This document shows, piece by piece, positions 50,011 through 62,309 of a stretch of 64,000 nucleotides of DNA. This stretch comes from Chrysemys picta bellii (lineage: Eukaryota). The notes under the pieces were generated by a model. It was given only the letters and a program-made list of their open reading frames with translations, made no database searches and had not been told where the DNA came from. The stretch covers positions 11,408,001 to 11,472,000 of the forward strand of contig NC_088798.1 in assembly GCF_011386835.1 (NCBI RefSeq), in the 5' to 3' direction. The translations under genes were made by a program, and so were the position numbers. Position 1 is the stretch's first letter, and each line of letters starts with the position of its first letter.

Positions 50011-50016
50011 CCCCAT
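50011..50016 (-). CDS. CZIB: CXXC motif-containing zinc-binding protein (C1orf123), coding exon 1 (ATG GGG)
   Basis: ctgagcATGG strong Kozak; donor GGG|GTGGGT gives M-G in frame with exon 2 (MG|KI, as in the recalled human protein). Confidence 0.8.
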
Positions 50017-51836
50017 GCTCAGGGCCTGGCGCGCTGCGGGGCCGGCTGTAGCTGGAGCCCAGCAGCTGCCCCCAAGTCCCGCGGCGCAGGCAGCGGGCGG
50101 ATGCCGCCCTGGAGGCGGGAGCAGCGCTAACAGATTCACAGACACCTCCGCCCTCCCGCTACAGGCCGGCCTCCAACTCTCGCGATAGGGGGCTTTTTTT
50201 TTTTAATCGACTCCTGGTATGTGGCGGCTTTCCCGGGAATGGTTGCCCTTAGACAAAATGGGCACCTCATCCCGTTACTTTCGCAAGGCGCTGCCCGTAG
50301 CCAAGATGGCCGCCATCTGTTACTTTCGATGGGACTGAAGCTTCAGTCAAGATGGCCGCCAACTCTGCTGATTGCAGCGAGGCTGCCCCTAATCATGATG
50401 GCCGCCATCCTCCATTGTAGTTAAGGACATAAGAAGCCAAGTCAGGCCGCTCTGTCCCGCTCATCCTCTCTATGGTTCGTGAACTAAACAAGGAAACGTG
50501 GGGAGAGAGGAGGGAACCTGAAGTGGTTGCAGAGACATATGGGGTGCAAATAAGAGAGTAACGAGGGCAGGGCAGATGGATGATTCCTTTTTCTCCCAAA
50601 GGGTGATCGCTAGAACACATTGGAACCTGAAAATTATGAACTCAATGTACCTTTTAATGGATTAGTATTCATACAAACTACTTCCCAAATTGCTTTGTAG
50701 AGTTACAGTTTCAAAACTAGGGCTAATTCTGGTTCCTGGGTACAGTGTAAATTAAAAGGTGTACATAGGAGAATTACAGGTGGGAGGAGAGATTCCTCCA
50801 CCCACTGGCGATCAATTGGGGCTCTCACCCTCTCTCTAGTCATTATTAGAGTCTCCTCTCTGGCCTACTATATTGTACAGACTCATGGATTTGGGGGATC
50901 AGGGGAACTGAATAATGATTTCCATAGCCACATTTCCAAATCCCTTTACTGCTAAGAGATACTGTAAGTCATTTGAGAAAAACACTGTTCTGATTTGGGT
51001 TTGAATTCTGGAGTCAGTACTAAACACTGTAATTTCTGGAGTGTTTAAAGAATGCACATAAGTACGTTTCCAGATTGGCTCCTCTTTCTTGGTAGGATGA
51101 TGTTCAAGAAAGGATATGTCTGCAAACAGAACAAGCTTAACCATAAAGACATTTCAAAAGATTTGAGGGCTCTTTTAGGGACTTGCAGAGAGCATTAGAA
51201 TGCTTAAAAAAAAAAAAAAGTTTCAAAGTTATACCAGTTCTAATTACTCCCTTTGATCAATTAAATCACAACCACTGATGGATCTAGGGATCTCTTTCCT
51301 AGCAGAAGCTGAAGTAGGATTCTAGCTCCACCTCCTACAAGAAAATGGGGGGGGGGGGGAGGGAAGGAAAGCAGCTCTGTTTTCACGGCAGTGTTTTGCT
51401 GCACTTACATGTTACCTTTTTCCCCCCTCATAGAATAAAGCTTACTTCTGGGAAACAAAGGAAAATACTGTCAGTAATAGCAAAGTGGGTTGTTATAGTG
51501 TATTTGGTTTCTATTATTTGTATTCCGTTCCCTTAGGAGCAACTTTGCCATTGGGTTTCTGAAGTGAAAAGAGGAGTTCCATACAGCACTTGGTCTACAG
51601 TGGAACTATATTTTCAGTTCAGTGGAAATTATACAGCAGTTTAACTGAGGGTGTAATTAGTCATTTGAGTAGAAAACTGTTGCTACATTTGACAACGGTC
51701 ATTATTAAAATTTAACAATGTTGGTCAGTAACAGATTCAAATTTGCAATGGTAGGGGAAAACTGTTTGTTTTCTGAGTATAGCAAAAAAGGAATGGATTA
51801 TAGTAAAAATAAATTAAATATGTTTTTAAGATATCT

Positions 51837-52227
51837 TCGGGTTACCATACATCTGGATTTTCCTGGACATGTCCGGCTTTTTGGGCCTCAAATCCCCATC
51901 CAGGGGGAAATCCCAAAAAGCCAGACATGTCCGGGAAAATAGGGAGGGAGGGAGGGAGGGCCCGGTGGTGCTCGGCTGGGGCTGGGGCCGGCAGTGCTCG
52001 GCTGGGAGCCTCTTGGCCTGGGCCGGCTGGCCGCCAGAGGGAGCCGCTCGGCCGGGGGGGCCGGACTGGGCCGTGCCGCACCCCGCCCCAGCTTACCTGC
52101 TGCCTCCCTGTTTCAGGCTTCCCGCGAACATTTGATTTGCGGGAAGCAGGGGAGGGGGAGGAGAAGGGGCGGAGTTGGTGCCCCATGGAGTGTCCTCCTT
52201 TTTAAAAATTAAAATATGCTAACCCTA
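51837..52227. mobile_element. hAT MITE with GC-rich interior
   Basis: T(C)GGGTTACCATA / TATGCTAACCCTA ends; AGATATCT duplicated on both flanks (register ambiguous by 1 nt). Confidence 0.8.
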
Positions 52228-53309
52228 GATATCTACATACCCTTTCAGATGTTGCAGCTGTAAGTATTAAAAGTGTATGTTCTACACAGTATTTAATATA
52301 ATGTCTTTAAATAGTTATTTTGAAAAAGATGAGTTATCAGAGCCAAAAACAGATTTTTGGAGAAACATTATATTCTCTACTCGTTGTCTTAGATAAATAT
52401 GCAAAACTTTTTTTAGTGTATATAAAGATACAAAACATCATGTCTAAAACAAAAATAGGAAGGTTCTTTTAAACACCCTTCTTTACACAGTAGGCCATCT
52501 TAATGTTTACATAGATTTCAAATATATTTTTAAAAAGGATAGTTTTTAAATACATGCAGCTGATTTACCACCTGAGAAACAGATGTAAAGCTGGTCACAT
52601 TTTCAACCTAAAATACTTGATGTAACTAGACAAACATTTATATTCCCCACATGTATGGTCATATTATAATTTGCCTAAAATATACTTTGTTTGCATGGCC
52701 AAAGTTACCTCAAAGTGGGCTACTGTGTCACATGTTTACAATTATATCCTTAGCAAATGAATTTTGCAGACTTACGGGGTATATAAGAGTATTTTAAAAA
52801 TATTTTTAAGATAATGATAAGAATTTGAAGATTGATCCATATTTAAGAAATAGATTATCAATCCTTCATGTAAAAAGCAAATAATCTTGTAAAGCTTCCA
52901 TTCAGAGGAATAAGAGCAGGTATCAGGAAAAACTGTCAGTTTTAATAGCGTGTCAATCACCAAGACAGCTAAAACAAAGCCAGCACAGAACCAGGGCTTC
53001 GGTTCTTATCTGATCATTAACTGATGTTCAAAGCATCCATTTAAAGATTGGGACACAAACTTATCTTAAGAGGTCTGACAAGCGTTTTAATTCCAGGGAT
53101 CTACAGAACTTCATTTGTTCTGCCCCGGAGTGCTATATGGATAGAACAGTTAAAATATTCTTTTTTCTAAAACTAGATATTGAACTGATCTACAGGAACT
53201 CAAAGCCACTCATCTTGGATATACAGTAATGAAAGTAAATGGTGTTCAGAGATTGAGACCTCGATTACATGGACAACTTTTAAATTAAAAAAATACAGGT
53301 TTCACCATT

Positions 53310-53315
53310 TTTATT
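53310..53315 (-). terminator. Candidate MAGOH polyadenylation signal AATAAA
   Basis: TTTATT on the plus strand about 130 nt after the stop, in a U-rich 3' UTR. Confidence 0.6.
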
Positions 53316-53443
53316 AAAGACATTCACTTACAGTTTGTAAAAAAAAATTCTAAACATACATAAAAGTTCTATCCAAGAAGAGATAAGGAATGAAAGTGTC
53401 CCACCCCTTGCAACATTACAATACAAACTCAAAATTATACAAT

Positions 53444-53543
53444 TTAAATTGGCTTAATCTTGAAATGTAATCCAATGAGACTGAAGACTAGACACTTAAG
53501 GTCCTGCACCAGATAGTAAAACACTCGTAACCCTTCCGGATCC
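53444..53543 (-). CDS. MAGOH: MAGOH exon 5 to stop (100 bp); full CDS 441 nt = 146 aa
   Basis: TTTTAG|[32 protein letters not shown]. Confidence 0.98.
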
Positions 53544-54081
53544 CTAAAAGACAAAAAACAAACATTAGTTTTCAAATTTTAAGAGTAGTTTCTAAAACTA
53601 AAGCCATAAAAAAAAGCCATAGTGCCAAGATTGTTCTTTTTCATCAGACTGACTTAAAACGCCATGGTTCAGTCTGGTACAGCTTTTTACTGTGGTAAAT
53701 TGATAGTTATATGCTTAGACTGAAGGTCGTATACTGTAAGTTTGGCCCACATTCACTACTTTACTTTTACAATGTACAGCCTTTTTGTTCCATATATTAG
53801 TTTAATATTGTCACTAAGACTTTTAGAAACATGTGTTACAGAATCTTTTTAGTTTAGTTTAGGGGTGAACTACTGTTCGTGTTGAAGTAAATGGGAGTTT
53901 TGCCATAGACTTAACAGGGCAAGGATTTCACTGTAAGAGTTTATAATTTTTTCAGACTCTTAATACATTTTGGGGGTTTTATGCACAAATAATATTTTAT
54001 AATTCACTGAGGTAGTGTTCAAAATACTTTGCAGGTCATTTTGCTACACTACAAAAGAATGAAATTCTGCAGTGTAATAGT

Positions 54082-54370
54082 ATCAGGGGGTAGCCATGTT
54101 AGTCTGGATCTGTAAAAAGCAACAGAGTCCTGTGGCACCTTTAAGACTAATAGATGTATTGGAGCATAAGCTTTTGTGGGTGAATGCCCACTTCGTCGGA
54201 TGCATGTAATGGAAATTTCCAGGGGCAGGTATAAATATGCTGGTAAGAATCAGTCTGGAGATAACTAGGTTAATTCAATCAGGGAGGGTGAGGTCCTCTG
54301 CTAGCAGTTGAAGTGTGAACACCAAGGGAGGAGAAACTGCTTCTGTAGTTGGCTAGCCATTCACAGTCTA
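54082..54370 (-). mobile_element. Penelope-like 3' fragment in MAGOH intron 4 with degenerate hammerhead motif
   Basis: ATCAGGGGGTAGCCATGTTAGTC...GTGGCACCTTTAAGACTAA...GCATAAGCTTTTGTGGG pLTR pattern. Confidence 0.85.
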
Positions 54371-54547
54371 ATAATTAACAGAGGATCCTCCAAAAGAGGC
54401 AGTATGAGACAACAGAAGTTTTTGAATGATAATGGTCATCATGTATTAATGAGTGCTCCCAATGTAGATTTATAAATTGGTTGTAGTTACAATAGACATT
54501 CCTTATTAATGACACCATTTTGGCAAAACGGGAATTAGACTACATAC

Positions 54548-54630
54548 TTGGATTGATTTACATCAATAAGTGATCCGATTTTTGATGTGGTAAAAGAGAT
54601 GTGTTCATCACCGATTACAATTTCAAGCTC
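54548..54630 (-). CDS. MAGOH: MAGOH exon 4 (83 bp)
   Basis: TTCTAG|[27 protein letters not shown](K)|GTATGT. Confidence 0.98.
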
Positions 54631-54972
54631 CTAGAAAATAAATAAAAAAACCCAGTCAAATAGCAGAACTGCTTGAAAATTATGCTGGTTCATTCATAGG
54701 AACAGTTTAAATGTAAAACCATTTTATCTCACTGCTTAAAAACAACAAATCTCATTATACGTGACTTAAATGCCCAGGCACTCATACTTTCAGAGTAAAC
54801 TGCTCTACTACTCAAAGTTTTAAGTTTCACATATTTACCTATCTGTTAAAAATAAGATTCTAATGGATCTTTCAGTTTACAAAAAAAATGTTAAATACCC
54901 AGTTATGCTTATGACAAGCAACCAAATCCAAATTAATACAATGTTAATAATGCAAGTGGAAAAGCTACTAAC

Positions 54973-55083
54973 CTGCCGACCAACTCTGTCAGGTGGAGGC
55001 CATAAGGCATCGTCTTCTTTTGTGATTTCACTGTCATCAATTATTCTCTTCAGTTCCTCCATCACACTCTTGTGTACATAGGC
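54973..55083 (-). CDS. MAGOH: MAGOH exon 3 (111 bp)
   Basis: TTGTAG|[37 protein letters not shown]|GTTAGT. Confidence 0.98.
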
Positions 55084-56468
55084 CTACAAGCAACATTTAA
55101 ACTTATCTTAATATATACCAAAGAGCTGATGCATAAGCACAGAAAACTACTTAATGTTTGAAAGTTGACATGTTGAAGACATTTTTAAAGTATTTCAGAC
55201 CCCTGAATCTCTGAACAAGAACACATGCTTTCCAAAATTCAGAAAGCTCTTATGAGGATTTTCAATAATCATATGCATACAACTTATAAGATGATGAACT
55301 ATCAGCTCCCAGAAGAAGTTAGAGAAACTGTCAAGACAGTTCTCCATATTACAAATATATATGACCAGAAGTCCCAGTTCTGAAAACCCTTATTCAGTTG
55401 AGTAGCCCTTGCTGGGGCATGAGATCAATGGGCATAAATGCATAATAAGGAATTTTCAAGCATGTAAGGGTTTGCAGAAGCAGGCTATTATTCTATTCCA
55501 AAAATTGGGTGTAGAAAAGTTGTCATGTCTAATCTATTTACAAAAGTTAATCTTCCTTATTGTATCTAGGATGGACCGAGCATGAATGAAGTGCTCTTTT
55601 ATTAGCCTTCTTGTAGGTTACAGAAAGCATTAACAAAACAGATTTTTTTCAGATGTTACCACTCTAGAAGTGTTGAATGCACACAGATAAATAGCTGACA
55701 CCAAGCATTTAGTTCATCCTGGTCAACTCTTCTAATCATGAAGAAGTAAAAGGCCCAGTCGCCTTTTCTGGAAGAGACCCAAATTAGGAGGATCAAGTCT
55801 CAGGGGAGAAGAGAAAAGTGCATGTATGGGAGTAGTGGCTCTATGGCATGTTCTCTGCTCCCCATCCCCTGTTGACTAGGGTGTATACCTAAGCAAGAAA
55901 CAATAATGAAGAATAACCTTTAAAAAAAAAATTAGATGTGAAAACTTTTTTACAATCAACAAATATTGCAACACCATTTATGCCAGATAAAACTAATTCC
56001 TAAAGTAAATAAGAACACAGGGAGAAAGGTGCATCAGAAAAGGAAACACAACAGAAAGGATGATTAAAGCACTGGACTAGGAATCAGGTAACAAGGATTC
56101 AATGCATGGCTTTGGCACAAACTGTGTGACCTGACTGAATGACCAAAGTCAATTGGAAACTTCCCTATGACTGCAATGGGCTTTGGATGAGGCCCTTAAT
56201 TTTTCTGCATCAGTTCTCCATATGTAAAGTGGTGATAATCTGTCATAGAGATGGTAAGAGGATGAATTAATTAAATCAATTCCTGTTTGTGGGGTGATTA
56301 GATATTATGGTGATGGAGCCATAGAGGGTAACTATAGCTAAAAAGGAATGCTCACTTTGATTAAGTGTTAAAAGCCAATTATATCAATTCATGAAAACCA
56401 TTTATTTGGTTTAGCTTTATTTGCAGAGTATTCAAAGATATGTTTACTAAAATACACAAATACCATAC

Positions 56469-56527
56469 CTCTTTTCTGATCATTACATCATTTTTGTAAT
56501 TGCTGTTGTTGGCATATCTCAGTTTTC
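56469..56527 (-). CDS. MAGOH: MAGOH exon 2 (59 bp)
   Basis: TAACAG|(G)[19 protein letters not shown]|GTATGG. Confidence 0.98.
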
Positions 56528-57046
56528 CTGTTAAAATAAAGATGAGTATTAGATTCAAACTACAATAGACAAAGTACTGCGATGGTCAATACGTAATGAT
56601 TGTAAAACGTAATAAAATAATGAAACACGTGTATGTTTGTATGGGAAGCCACATAAAAAAGGAAGAGAGAGACACTGTTAGTGTGTGTTAAGTAGGCTGA
56701 CTCAGCCTTTTATCTTTCCAGTGCTTAAATTGGATAATACTTCTACAAACTGAGGTTCTATTATATAATGGTAAATGTTGTATTTTTGGTACTTGTATGG
56801 TAGTGATTTTCTAGGATTGCTAATACTTCCTAATTAAACAGCTATAAAAATAAATCAATTAAAATGTTGCATAAAGGTTTCCTCCAATGCCCTTGTCTAA
56901 AATTCCTATTCTGTCCTCCCTGTTGTGGGGACAAGTTGCTGGTCTGGCTGCCATTCCCCCATCTTAGAGGGTGCTGTATTTTGATTCTGAATCATTTGAA
57001 AGTCATTTTGGATACTGGATATGAAAGCTGCTATATAGATGTGGGC

Positions 57047-57225
57047 CAGGGGTAGTCAATTATTTTTTGTCAAGGTCCAAATTTCTTGGTCAATGTATAG
57101 TCAAGGTCCAGACTCCAGAAAAAATAATGAAATAATGATAATACGTAAATAAAAAGATTTCTGGGTCCATTCAAAAGTGTCAGGTGGTCCAGATTTGGTC
57201 CGCTGTCTGACTATTGACTACCCCA
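57047..57225. mobile_element. Small hAT MITE in MAGOH intron 1
   Basis: CAGGGGTAGTCAA / TTGACTACCCC ends; TSD ATGTGGGC vs ATGTAGGC (7/8). Confidence 0.75.
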
Positions 57226-58139
57226 ATGTAGGCCATTTTTTCCCCCCTGAAGTTTTTCAACAAAGGGACTCAGTTTATTCTAGGGTTCATACAGGTGGAC
57301 CCATTCACAAGATAGCTATTAGCTGACTACTCATCTGTAAGAGTCTTGCAGCTGCACAAGACTCCCATAGTCTCTTCTCTGCTGAGAGGAAGAGCTGTAA
57401 CTAATAAAGTGGGCAGTCCTGGCCAGGGAAGGGATGTAGCCAGGTTACCCAGGAAGATGCAGATTCAGGGTATCTCCAGGCAGCCTATGCTGGTAGGCTT
57501 CCATAAGAACCCCATCTATACTTCAAAGCTGCCCTTACCTTGCTAGGTGGAGCTCCCTCAGCGGATTCAAATTGTGCGCAATTTAGAACCTCCGGTGGTA
57601 ACAGAGCCCAGTAAGAGAAATCAAATACATCTGTGTATTAAATATTTACTAAGAAACTAAATCTGTTCCTAAATCATTATTTTAGCAGACTCTGACTGAC
57701 GTATAAAGCATTGGGAGGCAGGAGTTATAAATGTTTAAATAGCTGCCATGGACTTTATTTGTATTTTCCATTATTTCAAAACTATGCAACTGGTTAGAGG
57801 GCTTGCGCTATAGTTATACTGGGAAATACGTCAATTAACTGCACTAGCAACATTTATTTATAACTTCTGAATTAGCTAGGAACAAGATTTTTTTGTGGTA
57901 GATTAATATAATTGTGACCAACACTTTGACAATATTTAGTCACAGAAATCAGATTTTACCTATTATTTTAAGGGACACCACCAAGTGAAGATAAAATATC
58001 ACTTTTGAATTTTTAGAATTTCTCTTATTTTTATTTTGTATTACAATAGTACCCCATCACGACTGGTACCCAAATGTACCAGGTGCAGTTTAGAACCTCC
58101 TGGACATAGTACATATACAGTAACAATCAGTCATCAGCA

Positions 58140-58725
58140 CTGGAATACGGGGGGCCAGGGCTCTCCCACTTTTGATAAGTAGATGGGCCTGGCCCATCCA
58201 TTTTTCACCATGGGTACCCCATCTCTTCCTCATAGGGCCCCAGCCCTGCCCCTGTGGTCAAGCCAGCAGCTGGAGCCTGGCTGGGGAGCCTGGGCAGCGG
58301 GGTTGCCGCAAACCCTCCAACTGCCCAGGGTGCAGTGGGACAGGTGAGCGCTGCCCCCAGCCTGTGTCCCTCCCTCCCCCCATCTAGGGCAGGTGGAGGG
58401 CCCACGGCTTCTCACAGCTGCCTGGCCGCAGCTCTTACCATGGCCAGGCTGCAGCCCTGAGGCCCCATCCCCCAGGTGGAGCTGGATTGGGGATAGAGCT
58501 GCGGAGGCAGCTGTGGGGAGCCGCGAACCCTCCACCTGCCCTGGGCAGGGGGACCGCAGAACAGGGATACAGGCCGGGGGCTGCTCTCGGCTCCCCAATC
58601 CCAGGCAGGTGGAGGGTCCATGGCTCCCAGCCCACTCCTGTTTCCACTTGGCCAGGGGCGGGGCCTCAGGAAGAAGGGGCAGCACCTCTGGCCCCCTGAC
58701 TTTTGGGAAGGCTCCAGTGGAGCTA
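58140..58725. mobile_element. GC-rich non-autonomous DNA element in MAGOH intron 1
   Basis: Abrupt GC-rich block with internal repeats (GGCAGGTGGAGGG x3) in AT-rich intron; termini not resolved. Confidence 0.5.
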
Positions 58726-59079
58726 CAATCAGTACTTGCAGATTAAAAACCCCCAAACAGTCAAAGGATGGAGAAAAGACAGTATTCTCTCTATTTTACT
58801 GACAGGGAACGAAGGCCCAGGAAGATTAAGTGACTTGCTCAAGGTCACACAGGAGGATTCCGTGGCAGCACCAGAAATTGAATCCAGATCTCCCAGTGCC
58901 GCCTTAGCCTGTTTACAGCCTGCATTTGACAGCACTTCCTGTATAGCCCTGCTCAGTTTCCCCTGGACAGTCCATTTCCCCCCTTTGTGTGGCAGCAGAA
59001 GAGAAAAACCTCTAAAAATAAGAGACGGTAGCAGTGAAAGCACAACAATTGCCAGGGAGGCTTGGGGCAGCTTCGTACC

Positions 59080-59720
59080 CGAGGCGACGTTTTAATGACT
59101 GTTTAACCCTGTCTGAGCTTCAAGCTGGTGCCCGTGTAGCAGCCACAACTCGGGACTTGGCGGTCCCTGCCCGGGCAGTGCCAGCAGACGCCGCCTTTCG
59201 TTCCGCGCGCGCGCACCTCGCCCGTCTCCTGGCCACCCCCCGGAATAGCCCCTACGAGCCATGTGTCCCCCCCACCCCCTTCGCCATGAAGCCAATGCGC
59301 TTCGCCCCCCTCCCCAGCTCAGACCCCGGCTCCCCCTCCCCCGCGGGCCCCAGGCCCTCACCGTCCGGCCGGAACTCGAACTCCAGGAACTCGTGGCCGA
59401 ATTTCCCCTTGTGCCCCACATAATAGCGCAGGTAGAAATCGCTCCCCATGGCCACCGACCGCCGAGAGACCAGAGTGCACCGCGCGTCCGGCCTGGGAGA
59501 CCAGACGGCCCGACCACAGCGCGCGGGCGGGCGCGGAGTAATTACGCAAAGCCGGAGGCTTGGCGGCTGAGGTGAGCATGCTCAGTAACAGCGACTGAAG
59601 CCGCTGCCCTCACTCTGCCGGGGCTTGGACTCAGGGTCTGCGGGTGCTTCTTAGCGGAGTTCAAAGGGGGGCAAATCGGAGGGGGGAATGGGCAGGGGGC
59701 GGAAAGATACTGGCTGGCGG
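59080..59720. promoter_or_regulatory. CpG island / MAGOH promoter
   Basis: CpG-rich region around MAGOH exon 1. Confidence 0.85.
59362..59449 (-). CDS. MAGOH: Mago nashi homolog (exon junction complex core), exon 1 (88 bp)
   Basis: ggccATGG; [29 protein letters not shown](G)|GTGAGG. Confidence 0.98.
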
Positions 59721-60065
59721 GGGTCAAGAAACGGGGGCCAGGAGATCGGCTGCAGGGCAAAATCAGGGATGGGGCGGGGTTAGAAACCGGGGTTAAGCCC
59801 AGAAGGTGGCGCTGCCAGAGTATGACATGGGGCAAAACCCTGGCTTAGGGAGAGGCAGGGGGGTCACAGTTACCCCCGCTGAGATAAGCCACCTGCTGTG
59901 TTTGCAAAAATAGGGGGGCAGAGGGGCTTTTTTATTTCCCCTCTCACAGGAGAGTACATCTCAGCATGGGCTTCCCAAGGCTGGGGTCTTAAAGGCACAG
60001 GCATCCCAATATGTAGACAGGGCAGCTCCTCTCTAGCTGATATAATGTGCTGAGGTGCTACAGGA

Positions 60066-60425
60066 CAGTGGCTCTCAACCTTTTCAGGTTATTGTACCCC
60101 TTTAAGGAGTCTGATTTGTCTGGTGTACCCCTAAGTTTCACCTCACTTAAAAACTACTTGCTTATAAAATTAGACATAAAATAAAAAAGTGTAATAGCAC
60201 ACTATTACTGACAAATTGCTTCCTTTCTCATTTTCACCATATAATTATAAAATACATCAATTGGAATATTAATCTCATACTAAAATTTCAGTGTATAGTA
60301 TATACCCGGCCCTCCCCGCACACGGGACCCATATACAGCAGTATAAACAAGTCATTATCTGTACGAAATTTTAGTTTGAGGCCCTGTCAAAATTTACTAC
60401 CCCTGGACCAGAGATTGTGACAAGT
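60066..60425. mobile_element. hAT-Charlie-like MITE
   Basis: CAGTGGCTCTCAACCTTTT left end; degenerate right end. Confidence 0.6.
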
Positions 60426-60449
60426 GAGTTGTAGCAAATACTGAAGAAA

Positions 60450-61155
60450 GTAAAAACAACGAGGAGTACTTGTGGCACCTTGGAGACTAACAAATTTATT
60501 TGGGCATAAGCTTTCGTGGGCTAAAACCCACTTCATCAGATGCATGGAGTGGAAAATACTGTAGGCATGTATAAATATACAGCACATGAAAATCACTTTT
60601 GTAGCAGTAATGAGGCCAATGTAATCAGGGTGGCCCATTTCAAACAATTGACAAGAAGGTGTGAGTAACAGCAGGGGGAAATTAGTATGGGGAAATTAGT
60701 TTTTGTAGTGATCCATCCACTCCCAGTCTTTATTCAGGCCTAATTTGATGGTGTCCAGTTTGCAAATTAATTCCAGTTCTGCAGTTTCTCGTTGGAGTCT
60801 GTTTTTGAAGGTTTTTTTGTTGAAGAATTGCCACTTTTAAGTCTGTCATTGAGTGTCCAGAGAGACTGAAGTGTTCTCCGACTGGTTTTTGAATGTTATA
60901 ATTCTTGACATCTGATTTGTGTCCATTTATTCTTTTGCGTAGAAACTGCCTGGTTTGGCCAATGTACATGGCAGAGGGGCATTGCTGGCACATGATGGCA
61001 TATATCACATTGGTAGATGTGCAGGTGAACGAGCCCCTGATGGTGTGGCTGAAGTGGTTAGCTCCTATGATGGTATCCCTTGAATAGATATGCGGACAGA
61101 GATGGCAACAGGGTTTGTTGCAGGGATAGGCTCCTGGGTTAGTGTTTTTGTTGTG
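60450..61155 (-). mobile_element. Penelope-like retroelement 3' part: GIY-YIG endonuclease and pLTR
   Basis: ORF 60730-61161: PCNKPCCHLCPH...NVIYAIMCQQCPSAMYIGQT...RKRINGHKSD, with a frameshift near the end; followed by pLTR. Confidence 0.93.
60504..60543 (-). ncRNA. Minimal hammerhead ribozyme motif, intact core
   Basis: GCAU CUGAUGA A GUGGG-UUUUAG-CCCAC GAAA GCUU AUGC: helix I GCAU/AUGC, perfect 5-bp helix II, palindromic AGCU in place of helix III. Confidence 0.75.
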
Positions 61156-62309
61156 CAACAAACCAGAGCTATGGGACTAAATTCAGAGCTGAGGGGGAAT
61201 TTTCCCTGAGTAAAAACTGCACAGGCATCTCAGGATTTCATCCACATGTGTTAGGAGTAAAACATCTATTCCTAGAGGAACTAGCTCCTCCCTGAAGAAT
61301 TGCTCCCTATAATACTATATGTTATCTAGGGATTGGTACAGGGTATTCCTAATGAAGATCAAGTGTTTGACACAAGTTCCATTAGTTAGAGTGCAAACAA
61401 AAATAAAAGCCACTTCTTTCATTTTGAGCCCAGTTACAGAAATTGTTAAGTCCATGACCAGAGCCAGCAGCCTTGTTGTATGTTTGAAAGCTCTCTTGCA
61501 TATGAAGACTTTTCCACTTGACCAATGCATTCCCTTCAATGAGGCTCTAGTTAATAGGATAATGAAATGCTGCTGGCTAGCATTAGGCTGTAAATTAGCA
61601 CTGGCTGTTAGGTTGTAATGTGAGAATGTTTCTATTTGAACTTTCCCTAGCTATCTCAGATACTAGGCTCTTGAGAGCCTATCATGTGCAGGCATTTGTT
61701 AACATCAGGCACCCTGGAATATCAGGGCCACTAAATTCCTATTTCTTTACAGCACTGTGTAATGAAAAAAGTTGTCTGTTGACAAGCACCCATTCTCTTC
61801 TTGAAAGTGATGCTTTTCCAAGTGCAAGGAAGGATTACTTCTGCTTGGGAAGGAGTTCTGCAAAGTGCTTTCATTTCAGATATATAAAGGCAAAAATCAG
61901 AGGTTGCCCGCTAGATGTCTTCTGGCTATGAAAATTGCTTGCACTTTACCAAACTCCCCAGTTCAAGCTGTACCCTGAATCTTTCTCTGCAAAGCCACAA
62001 TGCTTATAGCCTCTGGCATTATACTGCTGCTGACTGGGTAGACATCCTGTCTCCTAGTGAGGATTACACAGCCCAGCACTCGCTAACCCCCTGTTGGGTA
62101 GACACCTCTGTACTAAGGGAGTGAGCTCCCTAATCTGTGGGCAAATGGTACCCACATCACACGCAGGCCTACCTGAGGCCTCTATCTCTTGAACTCTACT
62201 CAGTTAAGTTTCACTGAATTGACACATCTCTCTGCCCCATTCCCTGGACTCCCCACGTGGAATGCTCCCCCTCTCTCAGCATCCAGGGACTTGGCCTCTT
62301 CCACGCATG

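Larger units (their letters stand above)
49740..50450. promoter_or_regulatory. CpG island / CZIB promoter
   Basis: CpG-rich region spanning CZIB exons 1-2 and upstream; three GATGGCCGCC YY1-like motifs at 50302-50409. Confidence 0.8.

Noticed and set aside
50017-50145. In-frame GTG-initiated extension of CZIB; GTG start 6 nt before the MAGOH ATG
   Set aside because: The ATGs have strong Kozak context and give the expected 160 and 146 aa; open frames are common in GC-rich UTRs.
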